Source: Candidatus Sumerlaeia bacterium (GTDB lineage Bacteria > Sumerlaeota > Sumerlaeia > SLMS01). Taken from it: a stretch of DNA of 44,078 nucleotides. Below the pieces are notes generated by a model, which was not told the origin of the DNA, did no database searches, and saw only the letters and a list, made by a program, of their open reading frames with translations. Position 1 is the stretch's first letter. Each line of letters opens with the position of its first letter. Below are positions 1-10,231 of this stretch, piece after piece. The translations under genes were made by a program, and so were the position numbers. The stretch is taken from contig JBBQYG010000010.1 in the NCBI GenBank assembly GCA_038208905.1, forward strand, positions 1 through 44,078, read 5' to 3'.

Positions 1-137
1 GTGGGTGGGTGTGTGGTGGGGGGGGGGGGGGGGGGGGGGGGGGGGTGGGGGTTTGTTTGGTTGTTGGGCGGGGGGGGGCGGGGGGGGCGGGGGGGGGGGG
101 GGGGGGGGTGGGGGGGGGGGGGGGGGGGGGGGGGGGG
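1..137. other. Poly-G low-complexity end, probable sequencing/assembly artefact
   Basis: Almost pure G runs at the window edge, abruptly truncating a plausible ORF. Confidence 0.8.
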
Positions 138-277
138 CAAATGCCCTTTGTCCCCTGGGCCGTCGCGCCAGTGAACATGGCGGCGGCCAAAGCCGTTGCC
201 ACGATCACTTTACCGACTTGCTTCAGGGCCGCGTGGGGGCGGACCGGAAGAGTCGCCAGGCTGAATTTACTGTGCAT
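137..277 (-). CDS. Partial secreted protein (N-terminus only)
   Basis: ATG at 277 with AAGGAG RBS at 288-293; MHSKFSLATLPVRPHAALKQVGKVIVATALAAAMFTGATAQG looks like a signal peptide; runs into the poly-G stretch. Confidence 0.55.
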
Positions 278-834
278 CTCTGATCGTCTCCTTCGTTTCT
301 TCGAAATTTGTGGAGCCTTCCGCCCCTGCCACGTCTCCACCCTCGCATGTAAGGGTGCTTCACGGATCGTGGGCACTTTCCTGCCTAAGCTGGCATAACA
401 AGTGACAAGGAGGGGGGGGGACCCTGCCAAGTAAAAGTCACCCGGGGGCGTTAAATCCGGGAGCTCCCGAGGGAGTTGGACCAGCCTATGCTGGAGGTAA
501 TGCGGTTTATTGGAAATTCTCCGGTGGGACATTATCCCCCCGGTCCCCGCTGCTCATGCAAGTGCCGAAGGACGAGCAGTCTGGCTATGTCCGAATTCCC
601 TGATTCACGGCGGCAAAGACCCCGACTCGCCAACTGTTGATCGGCTTCCCGCGTGGCATAAGTCACCCCGCGGCCACCCGGGCGGCGAGTTTCCGGGTGG
701 TTGCCGCCCCCTCGCCTCTGCCCCGGGCTCAGGCATAGGACTTGCCCCGGTGGCACCCGCGATGGGCACCTTCCGCCCTTGCGGAGGCGGCCTTGCGAGG
801 CGCCCTTTCCCAACCCAAGTGCGATGGTGACTCG

Positions 835-1830
835 TTGAAACAGAACTCCTTCAAGGCGATCGGTATCCAGGGACTCGGCGTTTGCCTCCCCGACCGTATT
901 CTCAGCAACGCCGACCTGGAAAAGATGGTCGATACCACCGACGAGTGGATCTACACGCGCACGGGCATCCGCGAGCGCCGCATCCTTTCCCCCGGCCAGG
1001 CCCCCAGCGAAATCGCCGAGGTGGCGGCCCGCCGCGCCATGGCCGATGCCGGCGTGGGGCCGGAGGATATCGACGGCGTCCTGTTCTGCACCTATACCCC
1101 CGACTACATGATGCCCACCTCCGCCTGCCTGATGCAGGGGCGCCTTGGGATTCCCGCCTGCATGGCCTTTGACATGAACGCGGCCTGCACGGGCTTCGTC
1201 TATGGCCTGCAAGCGGCCTATGCCCTCATCCGATCCGGCATGGCGCGGCGCGTCCTGGTGATCGCGTGCGACTGCGCCTCGCGACTGATGGACTACACCG
1301 ACCGGTCGACGTGCATCCTTTTTGGCGACGGCAGTGGCGCCGCCATCGTCGGCGAAGTTCCCGAGGGCCGCGGCATTCTGGGCAACTTCGCCGGGTGCGA
1401 CGGCAAGGGCGGCACGCTGATCTGCCAGCCCATCGGCGGCAGTGCCCATCCCCTCACCGCGGAAAACTTCGCCAACAAGGACCGCTACATCCAGATGAAC
1501 GGGCGAGAGGTCTTCAAGTTCGCCGTCCGCATCGTGCAGGACGCGATGGACAAGGCGCTGGAGGACGCGGGGATGCAGGCGTCGGAGATCGACCTCCTCG
1601 TGATGCACCAGGCCAACATCCGCATCATCCACGCCGCCATGGAACGCTATGGCTTTGGCCACGACCGCGTGGTGATCGACATCGAGAAGCACGGGAACAC
1701 CTCCAGCGCCAGCATCCCCGTGGCCCTGGAAACCGCCCGCCAGGAGGGTCGCCTGAAGCCCGGCACCACTTGCGCCTTTGTGGCGTTTGGCGCCGGATTG
1801 ACATATGCGGCCAGCATCGTGAGGTGGTAG
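835..1830 (+). CDS. fabH: 3-oxoacyl-ACP synthase III
   Basis: DTTDEWIYTRTGIRERR, AACTGF (catalytic Cys), HQANIRII, GNTSSASIP, FGAGLT; in-frame TTG start at 835 inferred. Confidence 0.95.
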   Translation: MKQNSFKAIGIQGLGVCLPDRILSNADLEKMVDTTDEWIYTRTGIRERRILSPGQAPSEIAEVAARRAMADAGVGPEDIDGVLFCTYTPDYMMPTSACLMQGRLGIPACMAFDMNAACTGFVYGLQAAYALIRSGMARRVLVIACDCASRLMDYTDRSTCILFGDGSGAAIVGEVPEGRGILGNFAGCDGKGGTLICQPIGGSAHPLTAENFANKDRYIQMNGREVFKFAVRIVQDAMDKALEDAGMQASEIDLLVMHQANIRIIHAAMERYGFGHDRVVIDIEKHGNTSSASIPVALETARQEGRLKPGTTCAFVAFGAGLTYAASIVRW

Positions 1831-1879
1831 TCGGCGCCGGGCATCCCCGTCTCAGCACAATCAAGCAACAGGACACAGC

Positions 1880-2812
1880 ATGAAGAAGATCGCCTTCCTT
1901 TTCCCCGGCCAGGGGAGCCAAGCCGTTGGCATGGGCCGCGACGCCGCACAGCTCGGCGGGCAGCCGGTGTTCGACGCCGCGGACGCGCAACTCGGCTTCT
2001 CCATTACGCCCCTCTGCTTCGAGGGTCCAGAAGACGAACTGAAGAAGACGGAAAACACCCAGCCCGCGCTCTTCGTCTCCAGCGCCGCCACGCTCGCGGT
2101 GCTCGCCGCGGCGGGAATCCGCCCCCACGCCGTGGCGGGTCATTCGCTGGGCGAGTACACGGCGCTGTATGCGGCGGGATGCTTCGACTTTGCCACCGGG
2201 CTTTCCCTCGTCAGGACACGCGGAGAGGCCTTTGCCGACGCCGGTCGCGTTCGCAAGGGCGCCATGGCCGCGATTCTCGGCCTTGATATCGACACGGTGC
2301 AGCGCGTCTGCGCCGAGGCCAGCACCGGCGGAGAGATCGCCGTCCCCGCCAACATCAACGACCCGGCCCAGATCGTCATCTCCGGCGATCCCGACGCGGT
2401 GGGGCGCGCCTGCGAAGGCGCCAAGGCCGCCGGGGCCAAGCGCGCCCTGCCGCTCCCCGTTAGTGGCGCGTTTCACTCTCCCCTCGTCGCGCCCGCGGGC
2501 GAAATCATGCGCGACGCCCTCGCCAGTGCCACGATCGCCGCGCCCAATTGCCACTTCGTCAACAACGCCGACGCCGCGCTGCTCACCGATCCCGAGGCGA
2601 TCAAGGACTCCCTCGTACGCCAGGTGACCGGAAGCGTGCGCTGGGTCGAATGCGTCGAGCAACTCGTCAAGGTCGGAACGGAGGCCTTCGTCGAGGTCGG
2701 CAGCGGCAAAGTCCTCAGCGGCCTCGTCCGGCGCATCGCCAAGGACATCCCCTGCCACACCACCGAGAACGCCGCCGCCATCGAGAAGGCAATCGCGGAA
2801 CTGCGCGGCTGA
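1880..2812 (+). CDS. fabD: Malonyl CoA-ACP transacylase
   Basis: FPGQGSQ, TQPAL, GHSLGEY, LPVSGAFHS, VRW motifs; follows fabH. Confidence 0.97.
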   Translation: MKKIAFLFPGQGSQAVGMGRDAAQLGGQPVFDAADAQLGFSITPLCFEGPEDELKKTENTQPALFVSSAATLAVLAAAGIRPHAVAGHSLGEYTALYAAGCFDFATGLSLVRTRGEAFADAGRVRKGAMAAILGLDIDTVQRVCAEASTGGEIAVPANINDPAQIVISGDPDAVGRACEGAKAAGAKRALPLPVSGAFHSPLVAPAGEIMRDALASATIAAPNCHFVNNADAALLTDPEAIKDSLVRQVTGSVRWVECVEQLVKVGTEAFVEVGSGKVLSGLVRRIAKDIPCHTTENAAAIEKAIAELRG

Positions 2813-2839
2813 ACTGGAAAAACCAAGCGCTGCAACCAG

Positions 2840-2895
2840 ATGGACACAATGGACCCGGTCAACGTCAACACAGTCCATCAAGTCCATCCTGTCCA
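2840..2895. repeat. 9-nt period short repeats in inverted arrangement between convergent genes
   Basis: ATGGACACAATGGAC ... GTCCATCAAGTCCATCCTGTCCA; the TGGAC/GTCCA units can pair; possible terminator-like element. Confidence 0.5.
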
Positions 2896-2902
2896 GACGC
2901 CC

Positions 2903-5900
2903 CTAGGGCTTATCCATCCACTCCCTGCTGCGCTCGCGAAAGTGCGCGGGCGAGCGGTCGATCTGGTCGGGGAACTTCATCGGCTGGTACTTCTCCTTCT
3001 TCATCTCCGCCATCAGGTACTCGATGGCGCGGTCGAGTTGCGGGTCTCGGCCGGCGACCTCGTCGTCCGGGGAATTTGACACTTCATAGCCCGGGTCGGG
3101 CTCGATGCCATAGTTCTCGATGCCATAGCCAAGCTCCGCATCCATGAACGCGAACTCCGGCACGTTCATCCCGCCGCCGTCCACAAACCGCGTGGCAAAG
3201 CGGATCCCCACCACGCCGCCCCAGGTGCGCTCACCGATCAGCGGGCCCAGCCCGAACTTGCGGAAGCTGCGGGAGAAGATGTCTCCGTCGGATCCGCACC
3301 GGTCGTTGATCAGCGCCGCCATCGGTCCCTGGAACACGCGGGATGGATACGTGTTGGCGAACTCGAAGTTGCGCGGCTTCATCATGGCATAGAACTTCTC
3401 GCTCAGGCGGCGGATCAGCATCTGGCTCACGTTGCCGCCGCCATTCCAACGCACGTCGATCACCAGCGCCTTCCGGTCGATCTGGGAAAAGTAGTCGCGA
3501 AAGAACGCCTGCAATCCATCGGTCCCCATGTTCGGTATATACACGTACCCGATCTGGCCATCGGTCTTCGCCGCCACGTATTCGCGGCGCCCCTTCACCC
3601 ACTCGAAGTAGCGCAGTTCATCCTCGCTGGAGAGCAGCGTCACGCGGTACTCCTTCGTCTTCGCCAAGTCGCGAACCGGCGCGATGCCCAGAAGCACGTC
3701 CTTGCCCGCGAGGCCCCAGAAGTGCGACAGCGGATCCACGTCCGCCGTCACGGGCTTGCCGTTCACCGTCAACAGATAGGAGCCATCGGCGACGCCCTCG
3801 TTGAGTTCGTTGTTGAAGGGGCTTCGCGCCTTGGCGTTCCAGCGTTCCCCGCGGAGGATGTGCTCAAGCCTCACGGTGTTGCTCGTCTCGTCCACGGCGA
3901 AGTTCACGCCCAGCAGCCCCGTGGAGACGGTGCGCCCGGTTGGCGCGTCGCCATTTCCCGAGACGTAGGTGTGGCCGTGGCCCAGCTCTCCGATCAGGTT
4001 GCCGATCAGGTCCGTCAGTTCCTGGCGTATAGACACGCGTTCCACCAGCGGCGAATAGGTCGCGGCCGTCGCCTCCCAGTCGTTCAGCGCCATCTTCGGG
4101 TCGTGGAAGAAGTCGCGGTTGTAGCGCACCGTCTCGCGGAATATCTGGCGCCACTCCTCCACGGGGCGCGTCTCGATGTGAATGCGCGAGAGGTCCGGCG
4201 ACGGATCGTCGTCGCCGGGCTTGTCCGCCGAGGCCTTGGAAACGGTGATCTTCTCCTCCGCCAGCACCGCGATATGCTCGCGATTGCGAGAGATCGCATA
4301 GCTGGAAACCTTCGCGGCAAAGGTCTTCGGCTCGGGCTTCTCCTTCGTGTGGTCATACACGCGGAGCAGCGTCTCCTCGCCGGTGGAATCAAGGTAGAAC
4401 ACCCGCCCCTTCGCCGCGCGCAGGCCGCGATACTCGCCTGAAGCCATCGGGAATTCGATGTGGCGATTGGCGATTCCCTCGAAGGCGATCTTCACCTCCA
4501 CCTTCTTGTCTTTCTCCTCGTCCTTCTCCTTTGTGGCAAGCGTCGCGGTGGTCTCGTCGTCGTCGCCGCTGGTCTTCTTCTTGTCCTTTTTCTCCTTCTT
4601 TTCCTTCTCCTCCTTCGCCTTCTTCTCGTCGTCCTCCTCATAGGGATCGCGCTTGAGGAAGGGGTTCTTCGATTCCTGGTCCAGGAGGATCGCGTAGATA
4701 CGCGTCGGATCCACCATCACCGTCTCGTACTCGAATGCCGCGTCCTGGCGGTTGAACGTCCGGTTGGAGAGGTAGTACAGATGCTTCCCCTCCGGATCCC
4801 ACGTGGGGGAAAAGCTGTCGAACATTCCATCGGTCACGGCGCGGTTCTCGCCGCTTTTCGTGTCGTGGATATACACGCGGGAGTATTCGTTCCGCTCTGT
4901 CCGCGCATAGGCCAGCCACCGGCTGTCGGGCGACCACTCGTAGTCGCGGATTTCCCACACGGGCCCGCGATCCACCAGGGTCAGCGTCTTCGTCGTCAGG
5001 TTGGTCCAGTACAGCGTCCCGCGCTGGTCCGCGAACGCCACCGCGCTGCCGTCGGGCGAGGCCGCGATGCGGAAGAACGGCTGAAACGTCCCCCGCGTCG
5101 CATCGGCGGGATCGGTGATGCGCTCCTCGTTGGCGCCGGTGCGTGCCTCGCGCGCATACACCTCGTAATCGCCGCTGGCGTCGCTGAAATAGGCCAGCTT
5201 GTCGTCCTTCTCTCCGGCAAAGGCCACCACGCGCTCGCGGGAGTTGGGGCTCGCCGTCAGCGGCACCACGCGGCCCGACTTCACCGGCACGTTGAACAGG
5301 TCCCCGCGCGCCGCCACCAGCAGCTTGCGCCCGTCGTTGGAGATTGCGAAATCGTCCAGGAACTTCGCCGCGGGGGGAAGCTGTGGGCGCGTCTTGGAGC
5401 GGTCTGTCGAGAGCGCGATGTCGATCTTCCTCGCCTCGCGCCTGCCCATGTCGTATAGATAGATATCCGCACCATGCTGAAACACCACGCGGTCCCTGCC
5501 GTCGGTCTCGGGAAAGCGCACGTCGAAGTCCGCCAGCTTCGTCTCCTGCCGCAGATCGGCGCCCTTCAGGTCCGTGGACCACAGGTTCATGCGCCCGTCG
5601 CGTTCGCTGGCAAAGACCAGCCGCTCGCCCACGAACATCGGATTCAGGTCGTTGCCGAAGTACTTGGTCACCTGCGTGAATGTTCCCGCCGCCAGGTCGC
5701 CGATCCACACGTCGTCGGCCAGGCCGCCGCCATAGCGCTTCCACGTCCGCGTCTGCACATAGTTCCGGTTGAAGGCCACCATCTTTCCATCGGCGGAAAC
5801 CGTCGCATAGCTCGACGTGCCGATGGGAAACTTCCGCGGCACGCCGCCCTTCGCGGGCACGGCCCACGTCTCGCGGTCGAACCTCGGGTGCGACCGCGCC

Positions 5901-6289
5901 GTGAAGTGCAGGATCTCCGCGCCGTCCGGCGTCCACCCGCTCGGCACATCGGCCCCCGGGTGCCACGTCAGCCGCGTTGCCGAGCCCCCCGCGATGGGGA
6001 TCGCATAGACATCCAGATTGCCGTCGTACTCCGCCGCAAAGGCCACCGTCTCGCCATCGGGAGAGATTCGCGGATGCGTCTCGATCCCCACATCCGACGT
6101 CAACCGCGTCGCCACGCCGCCGGCAACCGCCACGCGCCACAGATCGCCCTCCGAAGCGAACACCACCACGTCGCCGTGGATGTCGGGGTGATTGTAGTAC
6201 CCCGCGTGCTGGGCGGGGGCCCACCCCACGGCGAGCAACACGAGCAGTAGGATGCGGGACATTATTGACGGTATTGACCGGGCGATCAT
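2903..6289 (-). CDS. Tricorn-like S41 family protease (beta-propellers, PDZ, catalytic domain)
   Basis: Signal peptide, PD40-like repeats (WSPDSRWLAY), GHTY, IDVRWNGGGN, CGSDGD (catalytic Ser), GERTWGG; ATG at 6289 has GGAG upstream. Confidence 0.93.
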   Translation of the reverse strand: MIARSIPSIMSRILLLVLLAVGWAPAQHAGYYNHPDIHGDVVVFASEGDLWRVAVAGGVATRLTSDVGIETHPRISPDGETVAFAAEYDGNLDVYAIPIAGGSATRLTWHPGADVPSGWTPDGAEILHFTARSHPRFDRETWAVPAKGGVPRKFPIGTSSYATVSADGKMVAFNRNYVQTRTWKRYGGGLADDVWIGDLAAGTFTQVTKYFGNDLNPMFVGERLVFASERDGRMNLWSTDLKGADLRQETKLADFDVRFPETDGRDRVVFQHGADIYLYDMGRREARKIDIALSTDRSKTRPQLPPAAKFLDDFAISNDGRKLLVAARGDLFNVPVKSGRVVPLTASPNSRERVVAFAGEKDDKLAYFSDASGDYEVYAREARTGANEERITDPADATRGTFQPFFRIAASPDGSAVAFADQRGTLYWTNLTTKTLTLVDRGPVWEIRDYEWSPDSRWLAYARTERNEYSRVYIHDTKSGENRAVTDGMFDSFSPTWDPEGKHLYYLSNRTFNRQDAAFEYETVMVDPTRIYAILLDQESKNPFLKRDPYEEDDEKKAKEEKEKKEKKDKKKTSGDDDETTATLATKEKDEEKDKKVEVKIAFEGIANRHIEFPMASGEYRGLRAAKGRVFYLDSTGEETLLRVYDHTKEKPEPKTFAAKVSSYAISRNREHIAVLAEEKITVSKASADKPGDDDPSPDLSRIHIETRPVEEWRQIFRETVRYNRDFFHDPKMALNDWEATAATYSPLVERVSIRQELTDLIGNLIGELGHGHTYVSGNGDAPTGRTVSTGLLGVNFAVDETSNTVRLEHILRGERWNAKARSPFNNELNEGVADGSYLLTVNGKPVTADVDPLSHFWGLAGKDVLLGIAPVRDLAKTKEYRVTLLSSEDELRYFEWVKGRREYVAAKTDGQIGYVYIPNMGTDGLQAFFRDYFSQIDRKALVIDVRWNGGGNVSQMLIRRLSEKFYAMMKPRNFEFANTYPSRVFQGPMAALINDRCGSDGDIFSRSFRKFGLGPLIGERTWGGVVGIRFATRFVDGGGMNVPEFAFMDAELGYGIENYGIEPDPGYEVSNSPDDEVAGRDPQLDRAIEYLMAEMKKEKYQPMKFPDQIDRSPAHFRERSREWMDKP

Positions 6290-6422
6290 GCGAGACTCCG
6301 TTGACGGACAGTGATTGCGCGCCAGAATCCGCCCCGTGCCGCTGGCCGCAAGGAGGAAGGGCGGGCCCGGATTGTGCTCCGCCCGGGGCAGTTCCGCCAC
6401 GCCACCGCGCCGAAAGCCCCGC

Positions 6423-7652
6423 ATGTTCTTCCTCATCATCTTCAGCATCCCGCTCGCCACCCTTCTCTTCTGGTACCTCGCCGACCGGCGCCTGCGGGCG
6501 CGGAGGCATCGCCAACTGGTTGCCGCGCGGTTGGGGCTGGCGGTGTTCATGGTGTTCCAGATTGGCTTCTTCGCCGCGATCATCTTGTCGCGGAGGATGG
6601 GCTGGGGGATCGACATCCCGCTCCCCGCCGCGGTGGTGGGGTATGTGTGGTTTCTGGCGGTGCTGCCGGTTGTTGTGATGCCGCTCTGTGTGGTTCTATT
6701 GGGCGAGGCATTGGTCGCGGGGGCGCGCTGGGTGCGCAGCCTGCGCGCGGAGCCGAGACAGCCGACGCCGCAACCCTCGCGGCAGGCCACCCTCACTCGG
6801 CGAGAGATGCTCAGCCTGTGCATCGCCGCCACGCCGCCGCTCCTGACCCTCGCGGGCGCCGGGGTCGCCGCCGGAGAGATCAACGACTTCCGCGTGCGAT
6901 CCATTGACGCTCCCATCCCGGGGCTGCCCGCCGCGCTGGATGGCTTCCGCATCGTTCACCTCAGCGACACCCACGTCGGGCGCTTCACCGGCGGGCCGCT
7001 GCTGGACCGCATGGCCGACGCGATCAACGGGATGGACGCCGACCTGGTGGCGGTCACGGGCGACGTGATCGATCAATCCATCGGCGACTTGCCGGAGGCC
7101 ACCGCGATGCTGACGCGGCTGACAGCGCGGCATGGCGTGTATGTGTGCGAGGGAAATCACGACCTCTTCGAGGGACGCGATAAGTTCGAGTCCGGCGTGC
7201 GCGGAGCGGGGCTCAACCTGCTGCTGAATTCGGGCACCATCATCGAGTCGCGCGGCCACCGCATCGAGCTGCTGGGCCTGCGATGGGGCGTTCCCGGCGG
7301 CGGACGCGGCGCGGCGCTGGAGGAGAACATGGCCGCGATCGCGGCGGTGCGCGACCCGCGCGCCGACGTCTCGATCCTCATGGCGCATCATCCCCACGCC
7401 TTCGACCTGGCCCAGACGGCGGGAATCGCCCTGACGCTCGCGGGGCACACCCACGGCGGTCAACTCATGCTGTTCCCGGGATTCGGCGTGGGGAGTATGA
7501 TCTTCAAGTATTGCAGCGGGCTCTACCGCGCCGCCGGCGCCGCGCTGGTGGTCTCCAACGGGGCAGGAAACTGGATGCCGCTGCGCATCAATGCCCCGGC
7601 GGAGATCGTGGAGGTCACTCTCCGCCGCGCCGCGGACGCCGCTACAGCTTGA
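6423..7652 (+). CDS. Membrane-anchored metallophosphoesterase (YkuE/YaeI-like)
   Basis: N-terminal TM helices; SDTHVG, TGD, GNHD, AHHP, GHTHGGQ. Confidence 0.92.
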   Translation: MFFLIIFSIPLATLLFWYLADRRLRARRHRQLVAARLGLAVFMVFQIGFFAAIILSRRMGWGIDIPLPAAVVGYVWFLAVLPVVVMPLCVVLLGEALVAGARWVRSLRAEPRQPTPQPSRQATLTRREMLSLCIAATPPLLTLAGAGVAAGEINDFRVRSIDAPIPGLPAALDGFRIVHLSDTHVGRFTGGPLLDRMADAINGMDADLVAVTGDVIDQSIGDLPEATAMLTRLTARHGVYVCEGNHDLFEGRDKFESGVRGAGLNLLLNSGTIIESRGHRIELLGLRWGVPGGGRGAALEENMAAIAAVRDPRADVSILMAHHPHAFDLAQTAGIALTLAGHTHGGQLMLFPGFGVGSMIFKYCSGLYRAAGAALVVSNGAGNWMPLRINAPAEIVEVTLRRAADAATA

Positions 7653-8178
7653 CGCGCCCGGCCAGATCCTCCGTCGCGTGACGCAACTCGTTCTGATACT
7701 CCAGCGGTCCCACCGACTTCACGACGGCCGCGCTCTTCTTCTCGCGCAGGTAGGTCATCACGCCCGTCAATTCCTTGCCCCCCTCCGTGGTCCCCTTCGC
7801 AAACACGCGCACATAGCGGCGCTCGCCGACCTCGTGATACTGCACGCTCGTCAGGCGACCGTTGGGAATCGAGCGCAGGAAGCGGCGCTTCTTCTGGTCC
7901 GCGTCGTCGCGCAACGACCGCGGCGGAGACGGATCGACCTCCACCGTGAACACCCCGCCCGGCACCGCGGCGATCGAGTGGTCCACATACCCCGCCCCCT
8001 GCTCCAGGACGCGCGTTCCCTGCGGCGTCACATAGTGCACCGGCCCGATCGTCACCTCCTCATAGCTGTCAAAATCCCTTACCGTGGGCTTGGAGCCAAC
8101 GGCGCAGCCCCCCGCCACCAGCACGGCGGAGGCCAAAAGGATGGTACGGGCGAGTCGATTCGCGAACCTGGCAGTCAT
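7642..8178 (-). CDS. Hypothetical lipoprotein
   Basis: Basic N-terminus, hydrophobic stretch, lipobox-like VAGGC; GGAG upstream. Confidence 0.7.
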   Translation of the reverse strand: MTARFANRLARTILLASAVLVAGGCAVGSKPTVRDFDSYEEVTIGPVHYVTPQGTRVLEQGAGYVDHSIAAVPGGVFTVEVDPSPPRSLRDDADQKKRRFLRSIPNGRLTSVQYHEVGERRYVRVFAKGTTEGGKELTGVMTYLREKKSAAVVKSVGPLEYQNELRHATEDLAGRVKL

Positions 8179-8277
8179 GGGGACGCTCCGGTGGGAGACG
8201 GGGATGAGACCTTTTGCAAACCTTCCGGCAGCGGGCGCGGATGGCCAAGGGAAAAGGGGAGGGGTGCGCGGGTTGGA

Positions 8278-8530
8278 CTACCCTCGACGACTGGATTCAA
8301 TGGCGACAACGGCTCTGTCGAGCTCAATGACAAGTGGTGGCAGGTCCATCGCGACGGTATACTCAGGAGGGAAAGGTCCACCCGATCATAGCCATGCACG
8401 ATCCGGTGTCGCTCATGGGCCCGAAATCGTCGCGCAAAACCGACCCAAATACTGAGAGCTTCGCAATGCCGTTCCTTCGGCAAAATGCCGCGACGGACTC
8501 GAAAGGGATGGCAATCGGCAGAGCCTTCAT
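8278..8530 (-). pseudogene. Fused remnant of an MNT antitoxin / HEPN (DUF86-like) toxin pair
   Basis: MNT N-terminus (FCRRNGIAKLSVFGSVLRDDFGPMSD) joins, in another frame, the HEPN motif RHRIVHGYDRVD and then TVAMDLPPL..stop at 8278. Confidence 0.75.
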
Positions 8531-8592
8531 GGCCCCGAAACTAGGGCCAACCGATCCGCCCTGACAAGGAAATCGAGAGTCGTTGGCAACTT

Positions 8593-9448
8593 CTACGCCG
8601 CCTCCAGCGTAAACAGCGTCAGCTCCCGCCTCACGTTGAAGCGTATCCGCCGCAGGTACCCGAGGCCTGGGCTGATATACAGCCTCCGCCCGGGGCCCAC
8701 GTCGAGCTCGCCCCGCGCATAGCGACGGTTCTTCACCGGCAACTGAGGCGGTGGCAGGAACGGCGGCTTGCATTGGCCGCCGTGGGTGTGGCCCGCCAGA
8801 ATCCATCCCCGGTAGTCCCCCCAGATGTCCAGATCACAGGCGTCCGGGTTATGGCACAGGGCAATCGTCGGCGCCAGCCGGTCGCGCCTTGCCATCACGT
8901 CGGACCCAGCCCACCGCGGAGACCACAGATCGCCAAAGCCCACGATTTGCAAGCCCCCGGTCTTGACAGCTTCGTTGCGCAGCACCGTCGCCCCCGAGTC
9001 GCGAAGCACACACGCCACTTCCTCGGCCAGGGCCTCGTTGCTCCACCCAATACCATAGTCGTGGTTGCCCAGAATCGCGTACACTCCCAGCGGAGCTTTT
9101 GGCAGATGCGGCAGCACCCGCCCCGCCGACCGGATGGCCTTCGGCCAATGCGCCTCCGTGATATCCCCCGTCACCACCACCATGTCCGGATCCAGCCGGG
9201 CCGCCCTAATCCAGCGAGCGAATCAGAAACCGCGGGTCCACGATGGGCCCGATGTGCAGGTCGATGATTTGCAGCAGCGTTCTCCCCACCAGCCCCTCCG
9301 GCAAACCCTCCACCGGCAACGGCCTACGCGCCACACGCACCCAATGGGGCTCGACCTCGAACGTGTACCCCACCACTCCGGCCGCTCCCGCGACTCCAAG
9401 ACCCAGGGTGGCGAGAAAACGTCGGCGGGTGATGCGGGGGAGGGGCAT
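8593..9448 (-). pseudogene. Tat-exported metallophosphoesterase with a single frameshift
   Basis: ITRRRFL signal and DLHIG in 9206-9448; TGD, GNHD, CHNPD, GHTHGGQ in 8593-9183; removing one T near 9208 (GAT-T-AGG) joins the frames. Confidence 0.8.
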
Positions 9449-9770
9449 GGTTCAATCCTTCCGATGAACATCCGGAGAGCTCGTCGCCGAAGCGACAAAA
9501 ACCACGGCCTGCCAGAGCAAAGGTGTCACGAGATCCTTTTCGGATGGCCGCCATTCTGAATACCTGACGCCCCCGATTGCCCACAATCCGACCCCGGGGT
9601 CTGGGCCGAGGTGGTCGCCAACTGTGGACAAACGCCCACCCCCAATGTCTATTTTATGGATTTTTGGCCTTCAAGTCTCATGGTGGGCCGCTACGTGGCA
9701 CTGATCGTGCTGTCTCGGTATTTATCGTTACAGAAGTCGATGTCATCCCGACAGCAAGCCACACCCCCCA

Positions 9771-10205
9771 ATGAAGCGTCTTGAAGTTCCATCAAAAAGC
9801 CTCGTGGTCGATTGCAGGACCAACTCCCCCGTGGGAGAGGGGCTTCTGGCGTCGGGCCTGAACATCCCGATGCTGTGCGGCGGCAAGGGGATGTGTGCCA
9901 CCTGTCATGTGATCATCGTAATCGGGGCAGAGAATGTGTCCCCCGTCGAGTCCCGCGAGGAGCGCACGCTTGGCCTGCTGACGGGTCGCGTCCCCGGGTC
10001 CCGCCTAAGTTGCCAGGCCCGCATCCATGGCGATGTCCAAGTCAAGCTGCCGGATGCCGACTACATCTCCCATGTGGAGGAGTTGACCGCGCGGATCGGC
10101 ACCCGGGCCGAGCGCGACATCCTCCACGGCATGAACGGCAAGGTCCTCGTCCGAAAGGGCCAGGTCATCACCAAGTACGTCCTTACCCGCATCAACAGCA
10201 AGTAG
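9771..10205 (+). CDS. 2Fe-2S ferredoxin with C-terminal extension (Slr0148-like)
   Basis: CGGKGMCATC ... RLSCQ; extra C-terminal IGTRAERDILH...GQVITK segment. Confidence 0.9.
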   Translation: MKRLEVPSKSLVVDCRTNSPVGEGLLASGLNIPMLCGGKGMCATCHVIIVIGAENVSPVESREERTLGLLTGRVPGSRLSCQARIHGDVQVKLPDADYISHVEELTARIGTRAERDILHGMNGKVLVRKGQVITKYVLTRINSK

Positions 10206-10231
10206 GCGACATCCGAATCGAGGCAAGCAGC

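Noticed and set aside
5-398. Gly-rich ORFs on the + strand
   Set aside because: Products of the poly-G artefact; the minus-strand ORF with an RBS is more credible
510-830. 106-aa ORF and a GGCCACCCGG/CCGGGTGGTT hairpin upstream of fabH
   Set aside because: TTG start, no motifs; no recognisable riboswitch or ncRNA
6290-6952. N-terminal 221 aa of the 1349-aa S41 ORF
   Set aside because: Antisense to the metallophosphoesterase; the signal peptide and RBS place the start at 6289
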